From: Candidatus Latescibacterota bacterium | Lineage (GTDB): Bacteria; Latescibacterota; UBA2968 | Direction of reading: 5' to 3' | DNA length: 64,000 nucleotides | NCBI GenBank assembly: GCA_965204745.1 | Contig: OZ242010.1 | Span: 2,656,001-2,720,000 of the forward strand | In this document: positions 30,258 to 39,883 of the stretch, one piece after another | Position numbering within the stretch: position 1 is the first letter of the stretch | How the letters are laid out: each line of letters starts with the position of its first letter | The notes under the pieces: generated by a model | Seen by the model: only the letters and a program-made list of their open reading frames with translations | The model's database searches: none | What the model was told of the DNA's origin: nothing | Program-made: the position numbers and the translations under genes

Positions 30258-32195
30258 TCACCTCTTCCCTCTCACCTCTTCCCTCTCACCTTTCTCATTG
30301 GGTTGCTTCTCGCTTTGTTTGCGTTTGAGCGCGAAGATCATGTCGAGGTTTTGCAACTGCTCGGTCAGTTTGTCCAAGGCCGTGAGGTCGGGGAGGGCGA
30401 TGGGTTCGCGGATGATGCGTTGAATGTCCGGATGGTCGAAAATGCGTTGGGATGCAGGTTCGTACCCCTCGGCTTGTACGCGAATCCGGCTCGTCGCGGG
30501 TGCCCAGATTTGAAATGTATTGTCGCGCGTCTCGGTCTCGAAGATCGTGCGTCCAATGGGGTCGAGCACCTGGACGACAGCACGGGATACGGAAGAGCTA
30601 TCGGTCAATGTGCCGCGTATGATGGCTTGAACCGGTTGGGGAGGCGCAAAGTTTTCGGTTTCAAAGAAGATCGGATTGGTCAGTGCCACGCGCGACGTGT
30701 CTGTGCCATAGCAACGGGCGAGATACCAGCTATCGACTGAGTCCTCGAGGGTGGTCGAGATGCGGATCTGCCGGGGGTGGTCTGCCAAATCCCAATGCTG
30801 GACCACCTTTGCATTGCGGATGAGTTCGACGCGCGTCAAGTACGCGGCGGCGTCTGCGGCGGACCATGCGCGGATCGTCGCCCGTCTGTTGCGGCCCGCG
30901 GGCAATTGGTCGCCTGGGCCGGCTGCAAAAACAGAGAACGAGACCAAAGGCCCGTTGGTGATCGCGTTTTGACCTTTGGCGATGGCATCCGTCAGTTTGC
31001 TCGGGGTCAGGTTGCCGAGCACTTGAGTGTACGTGCGAAAGTGCCCGTCGGTCGAAAATGCGGTGCCCGCAATGCGATAGCCCCGGTTGAGCAGCGCGAA
31101 CCACGTTGCCCGTGCTTGGGGATGCGCGATGTTGAGCGCGTCAAAGGCCGGGCCGGCGAGTAAGTCAAAGGCCAGACTGGTGTTGCCGGATGTGCCAAAG
31201 AGGTCTGCGTATTCCACGATGCCGCGATCTAACTGCGCCCGCGCATGCACTTCAAACCCGGGTTGTTCGGCGTCATCGATCCCGGTGGCGCCCAAGACCC
31301 AGTGTTTGCCCCACGGGTGTTCGATAGATTTGCCGCGCAGGGTTGGGAGCAACTCGTCCTGCACCGGTGCTGACAATGCCATCCAGTCCAGTTCTCGGGC
31401 GCGTGCAACGGTGTAATCATCAGCGATGGGGGGGACAAAGGTCGAGTCTTCCAGTTCAGGGGGATGCAGGATAGGGGAGGCATTGTCAAAAAGATCGCCG
31501 ACCACCCACCCGTGCGCGCGGAGATCGGCCCAGGCTTTGAAGGGCAATGCCACGCTTTGGTCGCGCTTGGTCGCGAAGTGTAAGACCTGGGGTTCGGGGG
31601 ACAAGTGCGTATAATCGCGCACTGCGGACACGGTGACTTGACCGGGTGGGATGTCGATGACAAACGCGCCGTCGGCAACAAACCCGGGTTCTGTGCCAAA
31701 CCCGGGTTGCAAAACCGCGCCCGAGGAATCCGCGACAATGACCCGGGCCGCTAAGGGTTGTTCCGTGTCCGCGTCAAAAAGGCGCCCGCGCAATCGGGCG
31801 GCGTTTTTATCGGCGACATAAGCGCGGGCGATGAGGTGGGCGAATCGCGCGCGCACCCAGACCCCGCCCACATTTTCAGCGGTGTCTCGCAAGGTGGCCG
31901 TTGCGATGCCATTTTTGATTTTTGCCCAGGGGTCTATTTGCCCGCGGCTCGCTTCAAACAGGACCACGGCCCCGTCATAGTCCACCTCGCCCCGTTCTGC
32001 GCCCTGCGCGGGGAGATGCGAGGGGGTGACAACGCGGCCCTGGATGGTCACGCGCACCCTTGCAATGCGCGCGCCGCGCCTGGGAAAGTCCCCTGCCTGC
32101 AATCGCATGCCAACGGGCACTGCTTCCCCTTCGGGCACTTCGGCGTGAAGATGCCCGGCGAACGAGAAGATAAGCAAAAGACAAAATGCGTTCAT
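30258..32195 (-). CDS. exported CehA/McbA-like (PHP-type) metallohydrolase, divergent
   Basis: Signal peptide, GWVVGDL, W..LLNRGYRI.GTA, TNGP, VELIRN, WY..R, ALTNPIF. Confidence 0.65.
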   Translation of the reverse strand: MNAFCLLLIFSFAGHLHAEVPEGEAVPVGMRLQAGDFPRRGARIARVRVTIQGRVVTPSHLPAQGAERGEVDYDGAVVLFEASRGQIDPWAKIKNGIATATLRDTAENVGGVWVRARFAHLIARAYVADKNAARLRGRLFDADTEQPLAARVIVADSSGAVLQPGFGTEPGFVADGAFVIDIPPGQVTVSAVRDYTHLSPEPQVLHFATKRDQSVALPFKAWADLRAHGWVVGDLFDNASPILHPPELEDSTFVPPIADDYTVARARELDWMALSAPVQDELLPTLRGKSIEHPWGKHWVLGATGIDDAEQPGFEVHARAQLDRGIVEYADLFGTSGNTSLAFDLLAGPAFDALNIAHPQARATWFALLNRGYRIAGTAFSTDGHFRTYTQVLGNLTPSKLTDAIAKGQNAITNGPLVSFSVFAAGPGDQLPAGRNRRATIRAWSAADAAAYLTRVELIRNAKVVQHWDLADHPRQIRISTTLEDSVDSWYLARCYGTDTSRVALTNPIFFETENFAPPQPVQAIIRGTLTDSSSVSRAVVQVLDPIGRTIFETETRDNTFQIWAPATSRIRVQAEGYEPASQRIFDHPDIQRIIREPIALPDLTALDKLTEQLQNLDMIFALKRKQSEKQPNEKGEREEVRGKR

Positions 32196-32293
32196 GTCGT
32201 CGCATCCGTTCCTTCAAATCGTAAAAAAAGGTCATCCAGCTCATCGCCCTTAGGAACAGGCCCCCGTGCCTGTCCTCGCGCCCGGCATTTACA

Positions 32294-32626
32294 AATGCGA
32301 ATAAAGCGTTGCATCCATTTATTGGGACCTACCCCCCTAGCCCCCCTTCCTGTGAGGAAGGGGGGAATGGCGAGAGGTTGTGCGAGGGATTTGGGTTTCC
32401 AGGGCGTGATCTATTCGCTCAAAGCCATCAGAACAGCTAGGGAGACAAACCTTCAAAAAGCCATGCGCTCCCCCTTTCCTTGTAGGAAAGGGGGCCGGGG
32501 GGATAGGTCCTACGAGGAAGGGGAAGAACATCTCTCGTTGCGGAGAGGCGCCGGATGACTCGTCCCTGTCTTTGGGCGATTGGTCTCGGCTTGCTTCCTA
32601 CTCGCTTTCTACTCTTAATTCGCATT
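32294..32626 (+). mobile_element. MITE with IS-derived ends enclosing the hairpin repeat
   Basis: Left end AATGCGAATAAAG and right end CTTAATTCGCATT; both match the element at 59990-60230. Confidence 0.75.
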
Positions 32627-32668
32627 ACAATCAGATTTGGAATACCTAATGCCTCGTCTTGGCAATTA

Positions 32669-33397
32669 TCAATATCGCCAAGTTTCATGCGCGAGCGGCG
32701 CGCGGTTGAGTTCGTCTTTGTACAAGCGCCATTGCGGCATCAAGGCGTCCATCAATGCGCGAAAACGCTCGTTGTGGTGTCGCTCCAAGAAGTGGATCAT
32801 CTCGTGGACGAGAATGTACGCCAAGCACGAGGGGGGCTTCTTGACCAGTTCGAGATTCAGCCAAATGCGCCCGGCACCCGCGTTGCAGGACCCCCAGCGA
32901 GTCTTCATCTTTTTGATCCGCACATCATTGACGATGACGCCGACCCTCGGTTGCCACTTGGCGACGAGCGCGGGCAATTCAGCGCGGAGTTGGTGGCGGT
33001 ACCAGCGATGCAGTACGGCCTCGCGCACCTCTTGGTCGCTGCCCGGGCGCACGCGCAATTCCATCGTGGTGTTGTTGGGCAACCGCACCGCCGGTGGGCC
33101 ATTATGTTCGATCATGTCGATCCGATAGCGACGGCCCCAAAAATAATGGCTTTCGCCGGTCACAAACTCCCGTTGGGATTGGCGATCCTGTTGCGCGAAC
33201 TCGGCCTGTTGCCGGCGAATCCATCCCAAGCGCGAAATAACGGCCAAGCGCACCGCGTCATCGTCGAGGCGCGACGGCGAGGCCACCCGCACGCGACCGC
33301 TTGGCGGATAGACGCCCAGATGCAGATGCTTAATGTCCTTGCGAACGATCTCCACGGATATGCCGCGCACAGTGATGTGTCGTTGATCAATAGTCAT
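32669..33397 (-). CDS. YgjP/SprT-like (DUF45) metallopeptidase associated with type I R-M
   Basis: MKTRWGSC, YILVHEMIH..ERHH; overlaps the hsdR stop. Confidence 0.92.
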   Translation of the reverse strand: MTIDQRHITVRGISVEIVRKDIKHLHLGVYPPSGRVRVASPSRLDDDAVRLAVISRLGWIRRQQAEFAQQDRQSQREFVTGESHYFWGRRYRIDMIEHNGPPAVRLPNNTTMELRVRPGSDQEVREAVLHRWYRHQLRAELPALVAKWQPRVGVIVNDVRIKKMKTRWGSCNAGAGRIWLNLELVKKPPSCLAYILVHEMIHFLERHHNERFRALMDALMPQWRLYKDELNRAPLAHETWRY

Positions 33398-36300
33398 CGC
33401 GTGCCTTTGCGATCCCAAATATCGCGGTTGTGAGTTCCTCGTCTCCTCCGAGCTCCGACTTGATGGCGTTTTGGATCTCGCGCTCTTTGAATCGGTTGTT
33501 CCGCCAGTCCGCTTTTTTCACGCGGCGAATCGCCTGATCGACGGCCAAGGCGGCTGTTTCGGCTTTTCCCTCTTTGAGTTGTTCCCCGCCATGAACGTCC
33601 TTCAAGTTGTCGTACAGGGCGCGTTGGGCCGGACTTTTGATCGCGATGGGATACTGCGCGTTTTCCGGGTGATCGACCCGTTTTGCCAACGCGACAATCC
33701 GTTCCAGATAGGCTTTGTAGTCTATGGTCGCTCGCTTGCGTTGCAGAACCAGGGCGTCGAGCAAGGCCGACATTTTCTCGTAGTACCTGGGGTTGACAGC
33801 CATCTCGTCGATGATGATTCGCCGGACATTGTTTTCGATAGTCTCGGCCATGGCTTCCGGATTTGCGCGAATGCCCGCGGGCAGGGATGCGAGCGAGCGC
33901 TCCCCGCGCTTGGCGATCAGTTGCACGAGCGTCTGATTGTCGAAGGTGGAGATCCGTTCGCTCTCTGCGGCTCGGATGTACGCGTCGAGCAGGTGCCGCA
34001 TGGCCGGCTCGTACATTTTCAGGTCGATATAGTCGCCGCTGGCGAGTTTGACCTCTGCGCGCACGTTTTCGTAGTAGGCCACTTCGTCTTTGATGGCCCG
34101 CGCTTCGGCGGCGGCGTAGCCGGCCTCCTGCATCTCGTTGGCCAAATTGGCGTACGCACGCAGAAACGATCCGACGAGTTTGTAGAGGGTTCCGCGCTTG
34201 CGCTCGTCGTTCTTGCGTTGATCGGGGTCGCCTTCCGCAGCGCAGAAGAAGTGCAGATAGGCCGCTGTATCGCACGGGGGCGCAACCGGCTCGCACAGGG
34301 CAGCGATCTCCTCGCGGAGGTCTTCGAGTCGCTCTCGGGCCTTTTGCAAGCGATTCTCGAGCAATCCGCTGATGTCTTCCGCGTCGTACCCGTCAAATGC
34401 CTCGCCGGTATAATCGTCAATGGCCTGCGACAGGGATCGGAACAAATCCTTGTAGTCGATGATGTAGCCGTATTCCTTGTCCTCGCCGTGGAGGCGGTTG
34501 ACCCGGCAGATCGCTTGGAACAGGCGGTGGTCGCGCATCTGCTTGTCGATGTAGAGATAGGTCGCGGGCGGGGCGTCAAAGCCGGTCAGCAACTTATCCA
34601 CCACGATCAGGAGTTTCATCCGCCTCGGCTCTTCGACGAATCGCTTTTTCACCTCTTGTTCGAATCGCTCCACCTCGTGCATTACTGCGTCTTCCGGCGC
34701 GTTGAAGTGCGCCGCGAGCATCTTTCGGTAAATGTCGTATTGGCGCAATTTCTCGGTGAGGCCCTCGCCGGACACCTCGCCCTTGATGTCCGATACGGCC
34801 GGTTTGTAAGACGTGATGATGGCGCATTTGCCCGCCAAGTCGGTTCGCTGAAATATGTCGAAGAGGCGGCAAGCCGAATAGATGCTGTTCGAGACGAGCA
34901 AGGCGTTGCCGCGACCGCTCTTGAGCCGATCTCGCGTTTCCATGTCGAACTGGATGTCCGCGCCGATCTTCTCCAGCCGGCCCCGTGAACTCATCACCTT
35001 TTGCATCGTGCCCCAGCGTTGCTTGAGTTGGGCCTTTGCACTATCGGTCAATCCCCGGGTCTTGCTCTCGAACCACTGATCGATCTTGGCCTGCGAGGCG
35101 ATGTCCTGATCGATGTCGCGTGCCTCGTAGCGCAGGTCGAGGACGACGCGATCCTGCACGGCCTCGTCGTACTTGTACGTGTGGATGTACGGTCCGAAGG
35201 TCTCGATGCTGCGTTGCTTCTGGTCCTTGAGCAATGGCGTTCCGGTGAAGCCGATCAACGTCGCGTCCGGCAACAATTCTTTCATCGCCGCGTGGAGTTT
35301 GCCGGATTGGGTGCGGTGGCATTCATCCACAAAGACGAATATCTCGCCTTTGGCGCGAAACCCCGCCGGCAAGTTGCTGCGAATTTCTTTGAAGAAGGCG
35401 TCGATGTCGGCATCTTCCGACGCGCCAAACTTGTGAATCAGCGAGCAGATCAGCCATTCGCTGCCCGCGTTGAGCACGCGCGCCAAGTCGCCGCCGCTCG
35501 TCGTGCGATAGATGTTCTCGCTGACGCCCTTGAAGACCTTTTCGATCTGCTCGTCTAATTCCGTGCGGTCCGTGACGATCAGCACCCTGCCATCGGTTAC
35601 GCGCTCGCGGATCCACTTTGCCAACCAGACCATCGTCAGGCTTTTGCCACTGCCTTGGGTATGCCACACAATGCCGCCCTCGCGGCGCAGAACGCGCTGT
35701 TGTGCGGCCCGCACCCCGAAGTACTGATTGTGGCGGCAGGTCTTTTTGGTGCCCGAATCAAAGACGATGAAATAGTGCATGATCTCCAGCAACCGCTTTT
35801 TGTTGCAAAGCTGGCTCAGTTCCCGCAACAACGGATTGTCGCCTGCGTCTAAGTGGGCGTCTGCTTCTTTCCAGCGCAGATAGTATTGCTCCAGCGTCTC
35901 GATCACGCCGTAGCGCAACCCTTCGGTGTCATTGCCGGCCAGCAGGAGTTGAACCGTTGTGTAGAACGGGCGAATAAATTCTTTTTTTTTGCTGTCGAGG
36001 TGTTGCCGAATGCCCTCGGACACCGACACTGTGGACCGCTTCAACTCCAGCACGCCCAAGGCGATGCCGTTGACGTAGAGCACGATATCGGGCCGTCTGG
36101 CGTTTTCCCCGGCAATGCTAACCTCCTCGGCGATGGCAAAGTCGTTGTTGCCCGGGTTCGACCAGTCGATCAGATAGACGGTCTGGGTTTGCTCCCCGAT
36201 GTTTGGACGCACCTTGACGCCGTAGCGGAGGAGGCCATACACCTCGCGGTTCGCGTCGTAGAGCGTTTTGTTGCCGCCGAGCGCGGCGGCCTTGTCCAGT

Positions 36301-36494
36301 GTGTCGAGTGCCTTGTCTCTGACTTTGGCGCCATGCCCTTGCCTCGCCAGCCAGTCGCGGAGCGATTCCTTCTCGACATTGGCGTTGTCGCGCCGCCTCT
36401 GCCAGTTGCCGAGGTACGCATAGCCGAGCGCGTCTTGAAAAAACGCGACCACGCGCTGTTGTGTAAAAATCTCTTTTTGACCGACTGCACTCAT
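33387..36494 (-). CDS. hsdR: type I restriction enzyme R subunit
   Basis: RPDIVLYVNGI..ELK, WHTQGSGKS, VDECHR, GFTGTP, LLTGFDAP, QAICRVNR. Confidence 0.96.
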   Translation of the reverse strand: MSAVGQKEIFTQQRVVAFFQDALGYAYLGNWQRRRDNANVEKESLRDWLARQGHGAKVRDKALDTLDKAAALGGNKTLYDANREVYGLLRYGVKVRPNIGEQTQTVYLIDWSNPGNNDFAIAEEVSIAGENARRPDIVLYVNGIALGVLELKRSTVSVSEGIRQHLDSKKKEFIRPFYTTVQLLLAGNDTEGLRYGVIETLEQYYLRWKEADAHLDAGDNPLLRELSQLCNKKRLLEIMHYFIVFDSGTKKTCRHNQYFGVRAAQQRVLRREGGIVWHTQGSGKSLTMVWLAKWIRERVTDGRVLIVTDRTELDEQIEKVFKGVSENIYRTTSGGDLARVLNAGSEWLICSLIHKFGASEDADIDAFFKEIRSNLPAGFRAKGEIFVFVDECHRTQSGKLHAAMKELLPDATLIGFTGTPLLKDQKQRSIETFGPYIHTYKYDEAVQDRVVLDLRYEARDIDQDIASQAKIDQWFESKTRGLTDSAKAQLKQRWGTMQKVMSSRGRLEKIGADIQFDMETRDRLKSGRGNALLVSNSIYSACRLFDIFQRTDLAGKCAIITSYKPAVSDIKGEVSGEGLTEKLRQYDIYRKMLAAHFNAPEDAVMHEVERFEQEVKKRFVEEPRRMKLLIVVDKLLTGFDAPPATYLYIDKQMRDHRLFQAICRVNRLHGEDKEYGYIIDYKDLFRSLSQAIDDYTGEAFDGYDAEDISGLLENRLQKARERLEDLREEIAALCEPVAPPCDTAAYLHFFCAAEGDPDQRKNDERKRGTLYKLVGSFLRAYANLANEMQEAGYAAAEARAIKDEVAYYENVRAEVKLASGDYIDLKMYEPAMRHLLDAYIRAAESERISTFDNQTLVQLIAKRGERSLASLPAGIRANPEAMAETIENNVRRIIIDEMAVNPRYYEKMSALLDALVLQRKRATIDYKAYLERIVALAKRVDHPENAQYPIAIKSPAQRALYDNLKDVHGGEQLKEGKAETAALAVDQAIRRVKKADWRNNRFKEREIQNAIKSELGGDEELTTAIFGIAKARDDY

Positions 36495-38251
36495 GTTCTC
36501 GCACTCCTTTCCGCACGTTCCGAGATAGCTACCGCGGCCCGCCCATCGTCCGTCAGACGGTATTTTTGCAAAGGGCTTCGCGGCTTGTCCGGGATGGTCC
36601 TTTCCAGTAATCCGTCGTTTAGGAGGCGTGCAAGCCGCTTTCTGAAGTCACCCGTGCGGCGCGAGTAGCCCGCGGCTACCAACAGTTTCTCACTCGGGAC
36701 GGCTTCTTGATCGCACGCCCGCAACATGGCAATCTCTCTGTCTGACAATACAACTTGGCCCTCGTCTTGACCAGCTTGGCCTCGGCTTGGCCCTGGCTTG
36801 GCCTCGGCTTGGCCCTGGCTTGGCCTCGGCTTGGCCCCAGCTTGACCAGCTTGACCTTCAGCTTGGCCCCATCTTGGCCCCATCTTGGCCCCATCTTGAC
36901 CAACTTGGCCTTCAGCTTGGCCCTCGTCTTGACCAGCTTGGCCCTGGCTTGGCCCTGGCTTGGCCCCAGCTTGACCAACTTGGCCCTTGTCCTGCCCCTT
37001 CTCTCCTCCCAACTCTGGCTCCTCCATAACTCGTCCTGCGAGTGCCTTCCGCCGAACCGTTGTGACGAATCCATCGGTGACGGCAAATTCCGGTTCTGGT
37101 AAACCGGCCCCAAAGCAACGGTGGATCATGTCCAGCGTTCCGGTTCCCATTCGTTCAATGTATTCGGCGAGATACAGGGATTCGGCCAGCAAGGAGTTGA
37201 CCGGTAGAGAGTTGTGCGGCTCGCGCAACTTTTCGAGGGTCAGCGGGGGCAACAGCCGGCCGGGATTTCGGACCTCTAAGCGGTCCGCGAACAGCATCAC
37301 TTGTACGCTGCCGTTGCTCGTGTAGTCGCGGTGCGCCACGGCGTTGACGATGGCCTCGGTTACCACTTCCTTGGGCATCTCGTAGGTTACGGGTGCGCGG
37401 ACGCTCTCGGCACGGGTGCCGACGTGCAACGCGATCTTGCTCAACACGAAATCCACCGCTTGATCGACCAACTCAAAGACCGTGCCTTTATAGACTTGGT
37501 AGGATGGAATCGGCTTGGCGACTTCTGTTCCGTGGAAGTGGGCGCATTTGACCTCAGAGGAGATCAGAAACCGCTGTGGCGATTTCCCGAATAACAACAC
37601 CGCAGCATAGGTCAGCCGCCCGTTGTTCAGCAGGTTCAGATGGGCCAGCAATTCCTCGGGCGATGCTTCTTCGGCCAAGGGGAACTGCCGTGCCCTGCGC
37701 GCTCGGCGAATGAACCAATGCACGCGCTCGCTGTCGAGATCGTCCAGTGTTGCCCTTGGGCAGGTAGCCGCGTCGAATGGCCCCCTGCGGATCAATTCCT
37801 CGTTCTTCAGATATTCCACCAACGCGGCGTAGAGTTCGGCTTTCAGTTCTTCGGTAGTGTTGAACCGCTTTCGGATCAGCCCGGCTTGGGCCTTGCCGAG
37901 CAGTGCCTGCATTTTGGGGTGCCGGGCACTGTCGTCCTCGCCCTTGACAAAGATCAACCGGTGGACGCCGAGGGCACTCGCCCGGTCAAACTCTCGTTCT
38001 GTCGGCGCGACACCGGCTTCATCCTCGTTGCCATAGCCAAAGCCGAACAAGCCTACATAGACGTCGCACCGCTCGACTTCGTCCAGATAGAGCGCGTCCG
38101 GCCGTCGGTTTAAGGCCGGGGCATCCTCGAACAGGAACACATCGAAAAATCCGCTCAAAAGCGCGTCGCCGCAAACATAGTCGCGCAACGCCGCCCGCTC
38201 TTGGACGAACTCGCTTTGCACGCTGCTGATGAATAGACGGAGTGGGGTCAT
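36491..38251 (-). CDS. DUF4062 + HATPase_c_4 (RecG-C-like) + wHTH protein with a repeat linker
   Basis: LFISSVQSEF..ER, EAIVNAVAHRDY, IERMGTG, TIPDKPRS..QKYRLT. Confidence 0.85.
   Translation of the reverse strand: MTPLRLFISSVQSEFVQERAALRDYVCGDALLSGFFDVFLFEDAPALNRRPDALYLDEVERCDVYVGLFGFGYGNEDEAGVAPTEREFDRASALGVHRLIFVKGEDDSARHPKMQALLGKAQAGLIRKRFNTTEELKAELYAALVEYLKNEELIRRGPFDAATCPRATLDDLDSERVHWFIRRARRARQFPLAEEASPEELLAHLNLLNNGRLTYAAVLLFGKSPQRFLISSEVKCAHFHGTEVAKPIPSYQVYKGTVFELVDQAVDFVLSKIALHVGTRAESVRAPVTYEMPKEVVTEAIVNAVAHRDYTSNGSVQVMLFADRLEVRNPGRLLPPLTLEKLREPHNSLPVNSLLAESLYLAEYIERMGTGTLDMIHRCFGAGLPEPEFAVTDGFVTTVRRKALAGRVMEEPELGGEKGQDKGQVGQAGAKPGPSQGQAGQDEGQAEGQVGQDGAKMGPRWGQAEGQAGQAGAKPRPSQGQAEAKPGPSRGQAGQDEGQVVLSDREIAMLRACDQEAVPSEKLLVAAGYSRRTGDFRKRLARLLNDGLLERTIPDKPRSPLQKYRLTDDGRAAVAISERAERSART
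36764..36985. repeat. intragenic ~11-nt tandem repeats (CTTGGCCCTGG / CTTGGCCCCAT)
   Basis: Read directly; encode a G/Q/A/K/P-rich linker. Confidence 0.85.
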
Positions 38252-38410
38252 GCCTTGAGCCTTTCATCTCCGGGGCGCGGGGGTTCATCGCCAGCCATTT
38301 TCAGAAGGCGATCAAAGGCCGCCAAGTCAGCGCGGGCCGCCCGCTCTTGGAAATAACGTGCCATCCGCAAGGCGGCTAATTTCTCCGCCACTGTCACATT
38401 GATAAACATG
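38248..38410 (-). pseudogene. 3' fragment of a small HicB/RHH-like antitoxin
   Basis: FINVTVAEKLAALRMARYFQERAARAD..GDEPPRPGDE; second copy at 50803-50940. Confidence 0.6.
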
Positions 38411-38427
38411 GAAGCGTATCCATTCAT

Positions 38428-39024
38428 TTATGAGTTAGCCCGTCTCATTGGGCGGCTCAAGTCATACACACAGCGGGCCCGATCTTTGAAAGCTACATCT
38501 ATCAGGAACTTCAGTGTCGTCTCGTTGATCCTATTTCAGGGTGCGACGGAAATTTTAGCTTCCGGCTCAAGAAGGTTGTCGATAATCCGATCAGGCATAT
38601 ACGGATACCTACGCTCATACTCTGCCCTAGTGTTGATCGATGTCCATGACTTGATGTTAGGATAGACTATTTCTTTTTCGTAATCGTGCGCCACCGAACA
38701 GCGATCGGATACTCCCGGCAGATTAATTATTAGAATCCCCGACTTCTTGTTGACGGCGCCATCGTACATACTGGAGTAAATCTCCCAGTCAATGTGTTTT
38801 CGACGTTTCGTCTCGGTTCCAACCAAGACAATCGTCACCGTGGAGTCCCTCAGATATTTGTCTCTGATAATTTCTCGAATACGTTCGTCGGGGAGATAGT
38901 CAGGGATATCTCCTGTATCGACGGACGCATCAATGAATATCGAGTTCGTAGTGCCGATTTTTACCAATTCATCTTTATACCGTTGGTCATCCTTGTGGTA
39001 ATAGCTAATGAATACCTTGTGCAT
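38428..39024 (-). pseudogene. ThsB-like TIR protein (MTH538-like) with an in-frame TGA at 38536-38538
   Basis: HKVFISYYH, IRDKYLRDSTVTIVLVG, HIDWEI. The frame continues past TGA as NRINE...DLSRPMRRANS. Confidence 0.8.
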
Positions 39025-39883
39025 TGATTCCTCCTTTGGAGTCTATGTTGGTCGGTTCATTGAATATCCGCCGAAGACCGCGCGATACGAGCGTTACCGC
39101 CTGATGGATATGCGGCGTCCGAGCGAGAATGGCGTTATCTTCGGCAGATAATCCGTTGTGCAGATCGCATGGCGAGTAACTTTCAAAGCATGGGCGGCCA
39201 TCCCAGTCAGAACGGGAACCGGCCCAAGGCTCTACAAGCCCGATAGTTTCAGCGATGTCGCGGGCACATCCGCCGAAACCGCCGAGCAAGAATACCGGCT
39301 GATGCGACTGAAGGGACAAGAGCGTTTCCTCGGCGATACCCGGCATACATCCTTTGTAACCGTCCACTCTTCCGCCGAGCACAATGCGCGCCTGAGTTTT
39401 TTCTTTTATGACGGCGCGCATTGTCGTCAGTCCTTCGGTCCATTCGTCGTCATTTGGCTCATGCGTCGGAAATTCCAGTCGTCGTTCCCAATCCAACTGA
39501 GAGCCATCCTGTGCGAGAAAGACGAGGTGCGCGGATTTTTCGTGCCCGGCGGAGAACGCAGCCAGTTTATTCGCTGTCATCCGAATATGCACGGGCCACG
39601 CCAAATAGTCGGTCACAGTGATCTTTCCGCTGTGAGAAGGATGGTCCTGATACCGCACGATCAACTCAAACAACAATTCGGTAAAGCCGTAAAGGCGCAG
39701 ATCGCCGCCGTAAGCCAGACTCGTCCCCGAGGAGAGCAGATGCGATGCGAGTGCGGCCATTGCATCTCGCAGGTGTTCATCGCTCAGTCCGAGCACGGTC
39801 ATGTCAGGGCTTTCCGATATCGAAATCGCCACAGTGGGTGTCATTTTGGTCTTTTGAAGGGTCATTGGTTTTCCTCCATCCAC
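39005..39883 (-). CDS. SLOG-domain protein (TIR-associated type)
   Basis: VAISISES, LAYGGDLR, LTTMR, ARIVLGG, MPGIAEE, PVFLLGGFGG. Confidence 0.8.
   Translation of the reverse strand: MDGGKPMTLQKTKMTPTVAISISESPDMTVLGLSDEHLRDAMAALASHLLSSGTSLAYGGDLRLYGFTELLFELIVRYQDHPSHSGKITVTDYLAWPVHIRMTANKLAAFSAGHEKSAHLVFLAQDGSQLDWERRLEFPTHEPNDDEWTEGLTTMRAVIKEKTQARIVLGGRVDGYKGCMPGIAEETLLSLQSHQPVFLLGGFGGCARDIAETIGLVEPWAGSRSDWDGRPCFESYSPCDLHNGLSAEDNAILARTPHIHQAVTLVSRGLRRIFNEPTNIDSKGGINAQGIH

Noticed and set aside
33471-34988. Long antisense ORFs (this one, 9017-10453, 15847-16914, 57657-58631)
   Set aside because: Shadow frames of GC-rich genes with no recognisable motifs.
38536-38538. Selenocysteine or alternative genetic code
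   Set aside because: The position corresponds to Trp rather than Cys, and many genes here use TGA as a normal stop.
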